64,000 nucleotides of DNA, from positions 64,001 through 128,000 of the forward strand of contig CBDCFW010000005.1 in assembly GCA_965216465.1 (NCBI GenBank), in the 5' to 3' direction. Shown piece by piece: positions 28,103 through 37,825 of this stretch. This stretch comes from Bacteroidia bacterium. GTDB taxonomy: Bacteria; Bacteroidota; Bacteroidia; NS11-12g; UBA9320. The notes under the pieces are model-generated. The model was not told where the DNA came from. It made no database searches and saw only the letters and a list, made by a program, of their open reading frames with translations. Numbering within the stretch: position 1 is the first letter of the stretch; every line of letters begins with the position of its first letter. A program made the position numbers and the translations under genes.

Positions 28103-28536
28103 ATTGCAGTTGATTTGACATCATTCAACAGGAATATAAACTGTACTCAACAGAAATATACATTGAAGACCAAATCTATTGTTTCACAAAACGCTATACC
28201 GCATAGAACTAGTTGGTTAAACCAACTTAGGTTAATCTCGAGTGATGCATAGTGTTAAGTAATAAATGACTAAGCCATTTATCGAGAAGTTTGTTCTGCC
28301 GTTGTTAATGACAAGTAAATCCTGGATGGAGAATAATTGCGTTTCAAGATCTTGATATCAAGGCACTAACTTTCCAGCCCTCACAAAAGGCTCTTATCTC
28401 CCCGAATTACCGAACTCAATGTGTGCCAAGATGTGCTTCTAGAACCCCGACTAGATATAAATCACACAATACAAGTTTACCCCAGACTTGAGATTTGGGT
28501 TAAATAAATAATATAAAAAGCTAAATAAGAAAGAGG

Positions 28537-29247
28537 TTATCGTTTAGAAAAACGAATTGAAACACCTTCTTCAAGTTTCATGATGTATACTCCAGGCTTA
28601 AGTGCCGTAATATCGATTCGCTGATTTGGAGCGGCAACTCCTTCTTGAACCAATTCGCCGAGAATATTATATATCTCAAAATTTTCCAATTGTTTAATGC
28701 CTGAAATTTGAACGTAGTCATTAGCTGGAATTGGAAATAATTTAATTGCGTCAATTGGGTTCACTTTCTGCACGTTTGCTCCAGCAAGAGTAGATCTTTC
28801 GTAAGAGAATCCTCCCCCACTTCCTCCACCAGAACCATCACCTTGAGACCAAGATGTAAATTTGATATCGATATAAATATCGTCGGTAATTAAATGCAGA
28901 ACCATGTTTTCACCGATGGTTGTTAGTGGCTCACTGAAATGTGTATCCTCCCAATTATCAAAAGTTAAGTTGGCAAGGTCTGCAGTAGTACCCATTGCCC
29001 ATTCTGTATCTTCAGGACTATAAAAGTCTTCATATAACGACTCGCTTGCGGCATTGTAAATTCCACCTCTATTCGCTCTTGTAATCCAAACATTAGATGT
29101 TATTCTATCCTGATTCGCTTCCAAGGAAGGGTCAGTTTGAGTCTGTTTTGTAAACGTAATAGGTGCTCCATTCCATACGGTCTGTGCAGATACTGAAGCC
29201 GATGCTCCTACAATAGCTATAACTAACAAGTTTTTTAAGTTATTCAT
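28537..29247 (-). CDS. Small T9SS cargo protein (uncharacterised N-terminal domain plus CTD)
   Basis: Signal peptide ending in SVSA-Q; C-terminal LFPIPA...IYNILG...GVYIMKL sorting domain. Confidence 0.82.
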   Translation of the reverse strand: MNNLKNLLVIAIVGASASVSAQTVWNGAPITFTKQTQTDPSLEANQDRITSNVWITRANRGGIYNAASESLYEDFYSPEDTEWAMGTTADLANLTFDNWEDTHFSEPLTTIGENMVLHLITDDIYIDIKFTSWSQGDGSGGGSGGGFSYERSTLAGANVQKVNPIDAIKLFPIPANDYVQISGIKQLENFEIYNILGELVQEGVAAPNQRIDITALKPGVYIMKLEEGVSIRFSKR

Positions 29248-29334
29248 ATGAAGATTATTTAATGAACCGAATATACGGATTAATCAACTTGAAAAACAAC
29301 TATGTCCAGAATTTATAGCAAACTGAAGGCATTA

Positions 29335-29484
29335 TCAGTCTTCTGATTTTGGCTTGTCTTCTTCCTTCTTATTTCCAAAAACAGGTTTAAAAATGAAATA
29401 GACCCCAATGAAAACAATCAGAGGTACTAGGATCTCCGAAGCAATCATCAATATTCTAAAGGTCTGGGTAGGTTCTTGTTCCAT
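29335..29484 (-). CDS. Small single-TM protein (49 aa), absent from the ORF track
   Basis: MEQEPTQTFRILMIASEILVPLIVFIGVYFIFKPVFGNKKEEDKPKSED*. Its ATG overlaps the symporter stop (TAATG). Confidence 0.65.
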   Translation of the reverse strand: MEQEPTQTFRILMIASEILVPLIVFIGVYFIFKPVFGNKKEEDKPKSED

Positions 29485-31067
29485 TATTTTGAGCGAATTG
29501 CTTTTATGTATCTAACTAACTCTTCTCTTACCTTAGGGAATAGGAAGAATAAACCAATCAAGTTGGGTACTGCCATGGCAAATATCATAGCATCTGAGAA
29601 GTCTGTTACGGCTCCCAAACTTGCTGCAGAGCCCACAACAATAAACAAGCAGAATAATATCTTAAATGCATTATCAGCTGCTTTAGAACGACCAAACAAG
29701 TACATCCAACTTTGAAGTCCATAATAAGACCAAGATAACATCGTAGAAAATGCGAAGAGAACGACAGCTATGGTCAATACATACGGAAACCATGGAATAA
29801 CCGAGGCAAATGCTTTAGACGTCGCTAGAACACCATCAGGAGATTTAACTCCATAAGTCATAATGCTGCCATCGCCATTTGTAATAATGATTACTAATGC
29901 GGTCATTGTACAAACGACTACTGTATCAATAAATGGCTCTAACAAGGCCACAAGACCTTCCGAAGCTGGATACTTTGTTTTAACCGCAGAATGGGCAATC
30001 GCCGCTGATCCAACACCAGCTTCATTACTAAATGCTGCACGTTGAAATCCGATTATTAAAACTCCAAGTAACCCTCCTGTAATTCCCATTGGGTTAAAAG
30101 CACCATCAATGATTTGACCAAAGGCGGATGGAATATTACCTGCGTGTACAAACAATATTACAATTGCGGCTAAGAAATATATTCCAACCATGAACGGAAC
30201 AATCTTTTCTGTGATGCTTCCAATTCTTTTTATTCCTCCGATAATAACTAAGCCAACAATTGCGGCCATTACAATTCCAAAAACAACTCCGGCAGAAGCT
30301 GAATCAAATCCAAGCATACTATTAAACTGTTGTGCAGCTTGATTCGCTTGGAACATATTACCGCCACCAAAAGAACCTCCAATACACATCACAGCAAAGA
30401 TTCCTGCTAGCACTCTTCCAAATCCACCTTTGCCAATCTCAGCAAATCCTTTTTTAAGGTAATACATCGGACCGCCATACACTGTTCCATCAGCACCTAC
30501 ATCACGGTATTTAACACCTAAGGTACATTCAACAAATTTTGATGACATCCCTAAAAGTCCAGCTAAAATCATCCAAAATGTAGCTCCTGGACCTCCTAAA
30601 GAAATTGCAATTGCAACTCCAGCGATATTTCCTAATCCAACAGTTCCCGAAAGAGCTGCCGTTAACGCTTGAAAGTGCGAAACCTCTCCATCATGCCCTT
30701 CTATTCTAATGGTTTCAATAGCATCTCCACCTGGAGTAGGGTCACCAGCCATGGTATCTGTAGTTACATGATCTACATCATCATATTTCCCTCGTACAAT
30801 TCGAATTGATGTAGGAAACAATCGAATGTTTACAAATTTGAATAGTAAGGTAAATGCCAATCCTGCTGTTAACAAGAAGATTATAACGACCGGCATCGAT
30901 ACGTCATCAGTCAAATTAACAGCTGTAAAAACCAATCCAGACCAAGCTTTCGAAATGGGTGTAAACCACTCATTTACACGCTCATCGAGGCCTTTTTCTG
31001 CCTGCTCCTGAGCGAAGGTCAGTAACGACATAAATGCTAAAATACTAAGTCCGTAGATTCGTTTCAT
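29484..31067 (-). CDS. Alanine/glycine:cation symporter (AGCS family)
   Basis: FQALTAALSGTVGLGNIAGVA, GGPGATFWM, GGPMYY, FSNEAGVGSAAIAH and EPFIDT. Confidence 0.95.
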   Translation of the reverse strand: MKRIYGLSILAFMSLLTFAQEQAEKGLDERVNEWFTPISKAWSGLVFTAVNLTDDVSMPVVIIFLLTAGLAFTLLFKFVNIRLFPTSIRIVRGKYDDVDHVTTDTMAGDPTPGGDAIETIRIEGHDGEVSHFQALTAALSGTVGLGNIAGVAIAISLGGPGATFWMILAGLLGMSSKFVECTLGVKYRDVGADGTVYGGPMYYLKKGFAEIGKGGFGRVLAGIFAVMCIGGSFGGGNMFQANQAAQQFNSMLGFDSASAGVVFGIVMAAIVGLVIIGGIKRIGSITEKIVPFMVGIYFLAAIVILFVHAGNIPSAFGQIIDGAFNPMGITGGLLGVLIIGFQRAAFSNEAGVGSAAIAHSAVKTKYPASEGLVALLEPFIDTVVVCTMTALVIIITNGDGSIMTYGVKSPDGVLATSKAFASVIPWFPYVLTIAVVLFAFSTMLSWSYYGLQSWMYLFGRSKAADNAFKILFCLFIVVGSAASLGAVTDFSDAMIFAMAVPNLIGLFFLFPKVREELVRYIKAIRSK

Positions 31068-31121
31068 ATGCTATTTTTTATTGCAACGCAATATGAACAA
31101 ATAGATAGGAATATGCAAATT

Positions 31122-31799
31122 TTATCTTAGACGCTTGGCCGAGTGATACTCATGAGAAAGCTTGCCTGTTTGGCTGTTCACAATACCTTTAGGAGTCAAT
31201 TCATCTATACGAACATAGCCATGAGCATGAATTATTTTACCTGAGTCAATGACCATTCCCACATGACCAATTTTGCTATTCTTCTCAAAGAATACCAGGT
31301 CTCCAACAAAAAGGTCTTTGAATGCTACAGGTTTCCCAATTTTTTGTTGTTGAGATGCGTCACGAGGCAATTTTATGTTCAAGCACTTGTATACCACCTG
31401 CACAAACCCAGAGCAATCAATACCACTGAAATGCCTTCCTCCCCACAAATAAGGAACTCCTAAGTAAGATTTTGCCAGCACCGAAACATCATTTGTAGAG
31501 TCAGCCTCTGGAACAAGAGAACCCAAAGATGATGTAACCTGGTGGTTTTCAATAAAAGAGTTTTCAAGGGTTAAGGTCAATTTGGTTTGAGGCACTCCTT
31601 CTATAGGTTCATGTGCATAAAACGACGAGTCGCTCAACCAACCTTCGTATTCGTCGTAATCTGCTTTGATGTAATACCACTCCCCTTCCTCTCGAAGTAC
31701 GGTATACGATTCGCCATAAAGCAATTGTGTGACCATCTCTGAACCACTTTTAGCTTCGGCTCTCACCGGAATTTGAGATAAATGACAAATTCCTTTCAT
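31122..31799 (-). CDS. NlpC/P60 (C40) peptidoglycan peptidase with N-terminal SH3
   Basis: SEMVTQLLYGE SH3-like start; PYLWGG, GIDCSGF, HVG and HAH. Confidence 0.92.
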   Translation of the reverse strand: MKGICHLSQIPVRAEAKSGSEMVTQLLYGESYTVLREEGEWYYIKADYDEYEGWLSDSSFYAHEPIEGVPQTKLTLTLENSFIENHQVTSSLGSLVPEADSTNDVSVLAKSYLGVPYLWGGRHFSGIDCSGFVQVVYKCLNIKLPRDASQQQKIGKPVAFKDLFVGDLVFFEKNSKIGHVGMVIDSGKIIHAHGYVRIDELTPKGIVNSQTGKLSHEYHSAKRLR

Positions 31800-31805
31800 A
31801 AATTT

Positions 31806-32153
31806 TTAAAGATGTAAACGTTCTTTTCGCTGAAGTAAATATTCTTCAGTTTCTACATGATCAGGATCAGGAACGCAGCAATCAACCGGACAAACAGCCG
31901 CACATTGAGGTTCTTCATGAAACCCTTTGCATTCTGTACACTTATCGGGAACGATGTAATAAACCTCATCTGAAACAGGTTGATGAACCGCATCCGAAGT
32001 GGTCATTTCTCCACTTTCAAGCTTATACTCCCCCTGTACTCCAGTACCGTCAGACAAACGCCATTCGGCCCCTGCCTCATAAATTGCGTTATTTGGGCAT
32101 TCTGGCTCACACGCCCCACAATTTATACACTCATCTGTTATTATGATTGCCAT
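31806..32153 (-). CDS. 4Fe-4S dicluster ferredoxin (YfhL-like)
   Basis: [12 protein letters not shown] and CTECKG...[10 protein letters not shown]. Confidence 0.94.
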   Translation of the reverse strand: MAIIITDECINCGACEPECPNNAIYEAGAEWRLSDGTGVQGEYKLESGEMTTSDAVHQPVSDEVYYIVPDKCTECKGFHEEPQCAAVCPVDCCVPDPDHVETEEYLLQRKERLHL

Positions 32154-32209
32154 GCTGCAAAGAAAAACTTTTTATCCTGATAAATAGTACACAAGTTAAC
32201 AGCATTTGA

Positions 32210-34138
32210 TCAATTAACTTCATCTGCTATTTTGATAAGCATATTTCTATTTGAATGATCGGGATATGCCTTTAGAATTTTAACAGCCCAAAACTGAGAT
32301 TGTTCAGTATTATTCATTCTTAACCAATAGTTTAAGTACGATTCCCAAACCCCTAGCATGTCAGGTTCTAGTCTGTAAGCTTCAGTTAATATGGCCTTCG
32401 CCTCTTCTAATCTTCCTCCCATAATTAGCACTCGAGCTTGACCATTTCTCACGCTTCCATTCTTCGGAAATTCTTGTAGCAAGTCTCCAATTAATCGCTC
32501 TGCCTTATTAACTTCATTCCGTGTTAGATATAACTTCATCAATCGAACTCCGATATTTTGATCAGTAGGATCTTTCTCATAGGCTTTCTGTAAATAATAA
32601 ACTGCTTGGCTCAAACGGTTGGTATTTTCACACGAAACCCCTACCATAAAGAGTTCCCACGCTGACATATCGCTTTCCGTTTCACTATAAGACTGGGCAA
32701 CGGCCGAACTATAATCTTCTGTTAGGTAGTAATATTTTAATTGCAACAAAAGGTTTGGATGATTGATGAGCATCTCTTTTGCCCTGTTCAAATAGAAAGG
32801 GTTCTTATCGAACTTCTCCCAATACTCTAAGTAAGCTCTAATTTGCTCCGACGGTTTAGGATTTGGATTATTCACTGCGTATAATCCTATCAAACGTTTA
32901 ACTTTTTCTACCTCGTCTTTTTGTATAGGCTTACGGATATAGTGATCGTGAACCGAAACATGTGCAATGTCTTCCGTCCTTAGTCTTGGCATGTGGCATT
33001 GCACACAGTCATCACCGACAGCCAATCTTTCTTTTTGATCTGCTGAACACTTTTCTTTCGAATGACACTCGCCACATGAAGCATTATACACATTAGTGTT
33101 GGTATGCTCTACACTGATGTGAGGATTATGACAGGTAATACACGTAAAATCTTTATCGCTACCCTTAGTTTGAATAAAGCATTCACTTTTTTGAAATCGA
33201 GCTGCGTGATTTGCCATGTCAAATTCATCCTGATTTCCCTCAAAATCAGGAAGGTAAATATCAAACACATCCGACAGCTTCATACCTGGCTTGAAGTCAA
33301 CAAATTGCTTGTCTTTTTTAAGCAGGTTCAAGCCTTGCAGATGGCATCGTTGGCAAACGTCTATCTGTCTTTCTAAGCTTAACTTAGCTGGATTTACTAT
33401 GGTTCGATCTGTTTCTGTTCGAATGTCAACACCACCACCAGAAGCCCTTTCTTTTACATGCAGTGATCCTGGACCATGACACCGCTCGCAATCAATTCCT
33501 AAACCAACCTGCTCAAACTTAAAACGCGACTCACCTATCATTTTAGGCATTGAGTTATGACAGCTTATACACTCAGCATCTAAGACTCTGTTAAATCTTG
33601 AATTCTGCAATTCAAAACCCGGAGCTAAGTCCCATTTACCTTCTTGCACATAAAATGTTATTGGAGCTTGATATAAGTAACCCTCTTCTTCTACGATATG
33701 CGAATTGGTATGTTGCCCACTTCCAACAATATAATCTACTCTGACATCTTGCTGATAAACAGTATCTCCATTTTGAATGCGATACTCTTTAATAAAGAAT
33801 TCATCATTTAAAAAATAAGGATGATATGAAAATCCAGAATTCGAATCATGCACAATAACATGAGCTCCAAAAGTTGCAGATGATTTCCGCTTTGTTGCAT
33901 GGTTAAAAGAGAGTCCCATGCCTGTATGCTGAAAAGTTTCGAGCTTATCAGGATGACACGATGCACAGGTAGAAATACCTACATACTGAACGCTATCAGC
34001 ATGATTTAGAAACTCGAGACTTGAATCGTTTGATTTTACATTACACGATGCGTAACTCACAAGAAGCACAACACCGAGTAATCCTATAAAATAGAAGTAC
34101 TTTTTATAATTGGTATTTAGGAGAACTTGGTTTGCCAC
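32210..34138 (-). CDS. Multiheme c-type cytochrome with C-terminal TPR repeats (possible lipoprotein)
   Basis: Seven CxxCH motifs (CASCH, CISCH, CERCH, CQRCH, CITCH, CGECH, CVQCH); hydrophobic N-terminus ending in YASC; helical TPR-like C-terminal third. Confidence 0.85.
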   Translation of the reverse strand: MANQVLLNTNYKKYFYFIGLLGVVLLVSYASCNVKSNDSSLEFLNHADSVQYVGISTCASCHPDKLETFQHTGMGLSFNHATKRKSSATFGAHVIVHDSNSGFSYHPYFLNDEFFIKEYRIQNGDTVYQQDVRVDYIVGSGQHTNSHIVEEEGYLYQAPITFYVQEGKWDLAPGFELQNSRFNRVLDAECISCHNSMPKMIGESRFKFEQVGLGIDCERCHGPGSLHVKERASGGGVDIRTETDRTIVNPAKLSLERQIDVCQRCHLQGLNLLKKDKQFVDFKPGMKLSDVFDIYLPDFEGNQDEFDMANHAARFQKSECFIQTKGSDKDFTCITCHNPHISVEHTNTNVYNASCGECHSKEKCSADQKERLAVGDDCVQCHMPRLRTEDIAHVSVHDHYIRKPIQKDEVEKVKRLIGLYAVNNPNPKPSEQIRAYLEYWEKFDKNPFYLNRAKEMLINHPNLLLQLKYYYLTEDYSSAVAQSYSETESDMSAWELFMVGVSCENTNRLSQAVYYLQKAYEKDPTDQNIGVRLMKLYLTRNEVNKAERLIGDLLQEFPKNGSVRNGQARVLIMGGRLEEAKAILTEAYRLEPDMLGVWESYLNYWLRMNNTEQSQFWAVKILKAYPDHSNRNMLIKIADEVN

Positions 34139-34419
34139 TCCACAACACCTCCAAGAAGATTTCTAACTTGTGTGAATCCTTGCTTTTCCATAAAGGCCTT
34201 TGCCGCAGCAGACCTCCCTCCCGTTTTGCAATGAACCACAACTTCTTTATTTAAATATTCGTCGTAATCGTCAATAGCACCAGGTAAGGTAGCTAAAGGT
34301 ATGAGTGTAGCACCAATATTGAAATCGTCGTACTCCCACTGTTCTCTAACATCAATTACGAGTAATTCTTCCTTATTATCAAGCTTAGTTTTAAGCTCTT
34401 CAACGGTAATATCTTGCAT
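34117..34419 (-). CDS. Single-domain rhodanese
   Basis: IDVREQWEY, active-site loop HCKTGGRS and NLLGG. Confidence 0.92.
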   Translation of the reverse strand: MQDITVEELKTKLDNKEELLVIDVREQWEYDDFNIGATLIPLATLPGAIDDYDEYLNKEVVVHCKTGGRSAAAKAFMEKQGFTQVRNLLGGVVEWQTKFS

Positions 34420-34431
34420 GTTTTTTGGTTT

Positions 34432-36366
34432 CTAGTGTGCAAAAATAAGCAGTTTGGCCGTTAAGCGGTTGCCAAATTCATCTAAGGTATTGACAAAGTA
34501 TAGGCCATCTGGCAGACCAACAACGCTTAGCTCTGATGTCTTATAAGCCTGACGAACAACAGATCCTTGTGCATTAAACAATTCGATCGCATCGTATTCT
34601 TGTCCGAAATGAACTATCTCAGAAGCAGGGTTAGGGAACATTGCAATCGATTGCTGAATCTCTTGTTCATTAACACTTACATGTAACGGACGGCTGCTTC
34701 CAAATCGTGGACGCAACATTAAGGCTCCGTTTGGAAGGTCAGAATTACCCCATGTGTTAAAAACCTTATAATACAGATGGTCACTAGGCTTGTTTGGATT
34801 TCTGGCATTACCCTGATTCATATCCCAGCCAATATTCAAATTAAACATTGATCGTTGATACCAGCCAAAATAATAGGTGCCTGGCTTTAATATGATTAGT
34901 GTATCTAAGTAATGCGGAGTAAAATCTCGACGACCATTGGCAATGTTGTATTCAGGAGTTAATTCTTCCGATTCATAGATTATTGAATCTTCTGTACCGC
35001 CTCGAATTCCAGTTAAACTATGCCAAATGCGATATTTAAACCTACGGCTCGAGACATCATAAACACTTTCATTAAAAAAAGTGCTGATCGCGTACAGCGT
35101 ATCTTCTTTTTCAATAGTAAACGCAACGGCTATTTCTCCTGGAATATTGCTTGGATTTGTGTTGTGGTCAAATCCAAATCCTCGTTCAGCACTGCCATCA
35201 TCGTATGCATAGCAGTCATAAAACTCTTGGGTTAACTCAATATAGTCGTTGTCTTTGTATTCGTTTAGAATCCCATTCTCCCTAATTTCAACCCTTCTGT
35301 TAATTACGATTGGATTGTTGCCACTTAATCCAGTAATGGAATAATCATTCAATCGACGTTCTGCTCTTCGCTGAGATAAAATATTGTTGGCATTGGCCGA
35401 GAAGCTTGTCGACACTAAGTTTGTTCCCATAAAATCAGCTTCGTGCCTGATTTCGATGTTCTTATCTACATTATAAAGGTTCGAAGCCCACACATAAACA
35501 GAATCTACCATGTGTGCACTTGGATTCTCCATAAAGTGATCATATGGCATCTCATAAAAGTCTTTTAGCAGCGATGAAGGAGTGGTTTGGATTGCATAGT
35601 CGTTATAATAGTCAATGGTCTCACTTCTACCCTTGTCTAAATAGACATAATCAACGTGCCAGTGATTTGCATTTCCTACTTGCCGTGTGAAGGTGGTGAA
35701 CATAAACTGAAAGTCTTCATGAAGAAAATTAGGATTCGTTAGTGGTATGACCACATGTTCAAATTCCATTGAAGCCTCTTGTCCACCAATGCTCCATACT
35801 TTGATCCATGCATTATTATCTGCCTTAAAATAAACACGAATCGAATCTTCTCCATTGAGGTGATAACCATATCCATTGGGTTGATAGAAAAAACTCAACA
35901 TGATCGAATCTGACAAGGCATATGGCACTCCTGCTGAGTCTTTTAAGTTTATGGGTTGGCTGATTAGACTATCTCCCGCTGACTTAAAATCTTTATTTAT
36001 CGTACTGTTATACGGTACCCCGTATTCATCAAGAACGTCGAAAGTAGCAACGTTCAATGAGGGCGGGTACACCGGAAAATGATTATTCACATAAACTTGA
36101 TTGTTCAACCACTTCGACGAATCAGGATACAAGCTCGAAAGTGCAAAATCATCAAAAAAAGGAAGTTCCAAGGTGTCTTTCTTACCCCACTTCGCCTTAA
36201 AACTTGAAGTATTCCAAACATAATCTGGATTTGCAGCTCTATACTCCTGCAAAATATTATTGGTTGTCACCGGATAGGTGGTAACAACTTGAGCCTCGCT
36301 ATTAAAATTTAGTAAAGTTCCAACTAGAACAAGTGCTAGATATTTAGGAAGTAGTTTTCTCGGCAT
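34432..36366 (-). CDS. T9SS type A sorting domain protein (LPFFDDF-type)
   Basis: Signal peptide from ATG 36366 (the ORF track extends to 36417); LPFFDDF, WHVDYVYL and YAYDDGSAE motifs; CTD MFPNPA...GLYFV. Confidence 0.82.
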   Translation of the reverse strand: MPRKLLPKYLALVLVGTLLNFNSEAQVVTTYPVTTNNILQEYRAANPDYVWNTSSFKAKWGKKDTLELPFFDDFALSSLYPDSSKWLNNQVYVNNHFPVYPPSLNVATFDVLDEYGVPYNSTINKDFKSAGDSLISQPINLKDSAGVPYALSDSIMLSFFYQPNGYGYHLNGEDSIRVYFKADNNAWIKVWSIGGQEASMEFEHVVIPLTNPNFLHEDFQFMFTTFTRQVGNANHWHVDYVYLDKGRSETIDYYNDYAIQTTPSSLLKDFYEMPYDHFMENPSAHMVDSVYVWASNLYNVDKNIEIRHEADFMGTNLVSTSFSANANNILSQRRAERRLNDYSITGLSGNNPIVINRRVEIRENGILNEYKDNDYIELTQEFYDCYAYDDGSAERGFGFDHNTNPSNIPGEIAVAFTIEKEDTLYAISTFFNESVYDVSSRRFKYRIWHSLTGIRGGTEDSIIYESEELTPEYNIANGRRDFTPHYLDTLIILKPGTYYFGWYQRSMFNLNIGWDMNQGNARNPNKPSDHLYYKVFNTWGNSDLPNGALMLRPRFGSSRPLHVSVNEQEIQQSIAMFPNPASEIVHFGQEYDAIELFNAQGSVVRQAYKTSELSVVGLPDGLYFVNTLDEFGNRLTAKLLIFAH

Positions 36367-36441
36367 AGTTGTATTTCGGCTGGTAAAGTAACGCAGTAAA
36401 GCTTGATTAAGTATCATTTAAACTACATAATTATTGTACGA

Positions 36442-37053
36442 TTAAAACAACTCCTGTACATCAGAACTATTTCCGCCATTACCTGTAGTATCAACATCGT
36501 AATAGTCACGCGATATTCCAATTACTATATCGACCTTTGAGTTACGTTCTATCAAGCTTCCTGGCTTCAATTCGCTCTGCGTACCATGTTTGTATTGAGC
36601 GAGCACTGGTTCATCTGTTCTTGAGTGCACCGAAGGGTGCATTTTCTTTATAACATTCCCTATACGAAGATGACTTCTTGATAAAATATTTCGTGCCTGC
36701 GACAATGACGTTTTAAATGCCAAATCAGGAACCTCAACCATGGGAATTTTACCTGAATTGATTACCAAGTAAACCTTTCTTCCTCGCTTAACCATTAAGC
36801 CTGCAGGAGGGTTTTGATTAATAACTGAAAGCTTTGGCGCTCCGTCTTTAAATACTGTATCTGCAATAACACCTTCTAATCCTGCTTCTTTTAAGTCACT
36901 AATGGCTTTTTGACTTAAAACTCCTTCTAAGTCTTGAATCTCAACCAATTCACTATCGTGTTTCGTGTAAATATCTAACCACCAGAGTACTCCAAATGCT
37001 AAAATTACTCCTGCAATTCCAATTAGAGCTGCATGTATCAGGAACTTCTTCAT
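36442..37053 (-). CDS. PASTA domain membrane protein
   Basis: N-terminal TM, YTKH, QNPPAG..VKRGRKVYL and a second PASTA VPDL. Confidence 0.88.
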   Translation of the reverse strand: MKKFLIHAALIGIAGVILAFGVLWWLDIYTKHDSELVEIQDLEGVLSQKAISDLKEAGLEGVIADTVFKDGAPKLSVINQNPPAGLMVKRGRKVYLVINSGKIPMVEVPDLAFKTSLSQARNILSRSHLRIGNVIKKMHPSVHSRTDEPVLAQYKHGTQSELKPGSLIERNSKVDIVIGISRDYYDVDTTGNGGNSSDVQELF

Positions 37054-37278
37054 ATATCGTCGTTCAAGCTTCTTATTCTATTTTCTTGTACCTAGAATGT
37101 CTATGTTTCGCTACATTAAATGCTCACAAGACACCCTAAGATTGGCTCAAAAATGAGGTGGAACTACGCCAATTGCAAATATTTCTATGAACTCGCTGTG
37201 CAATAATTGACTCATTTTAATGCTGTTTCTTGTTTTGGTACACCTTTTGAACTTATAATCGCAGACGAATATTATAAA

Positions 37279-37779
37279 ATGAAGAAATTATTTACACTTG
37301 TTTTTGTTCTAGCAGCTGGTATAGCCTTTGCTCAAACCGATAGTACTAGCAATGCTCTTCCATCTACCGTGGTTAAAAACATTGATGGAGAAAATGTCAA
37401 TCTAGCCGATTATGCTAACAACGGTAAGATTACAATTATTTCATTCTGGGCTACTTGGTGTAAGCCATGTATTAAAGAGTTAAAAAATGTTAATGATTTG
37501 CTCGCAGATTGGGAAGAAGATTATGATGTTGAATTGGTTGCGATTAGCGTAGACGATAGTAGAAATACTGCTCGTGTTAAGCCAATGGTAAGTGGATTAG
37601 GATGGGACTTTGATGTTCTACTTGACCCTAACGGTGATATTCAAAGAGCAATGAACGTTGCTAACCCACCTGTAACCTTTTTGCTAGATCAAAACGGAGA
37701 AATCGTATACAAGCATACCGGATATGTTGAGGGAGACGAGTTAGAACTCGAAGAACATATCATTGAAATTGCAGAATAA
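37279..37779 (+). CDS. TlpA/ResA-family disulfide reductase
   Basis: Signal peptide from ATG 37279; FWATWCKPCIKEL. Confidence 0.9.
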   Translation: MKKLFTLVFVLAAGIAFAQTDSTSNALPSTVVKNIDGENVNLADYANNGKITIISFWATWCKPCIKELKNVNDLLADWEEDYDVELVAISVDDSRNTARVKPMVSGLGWDFDVLLDPNGDIQRAMNVANPPVTFLLDQNGEIVYKHTGYVEGDELELEEHIIEIAE

Positions 37780-37802
37780 GCGATTTCCATAAAATAATTA
37801 AT

Positions 37803-37825
37803 GCACCTTTACGGTGCTTTTTTTT
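37803..37825 (+). terminator. Rho-independent terminator after the TlpA gene
   Basis: GCACC-TTTAC-GGTGC followed by T8. Confidence 0.6.

Noticed and set aside
31068-31121. Glycine riboswitch upstream of the AGCS symporter
   Set aside because: The intergenic space is only 54 bp and AT-rich, with no aptamer motifs.
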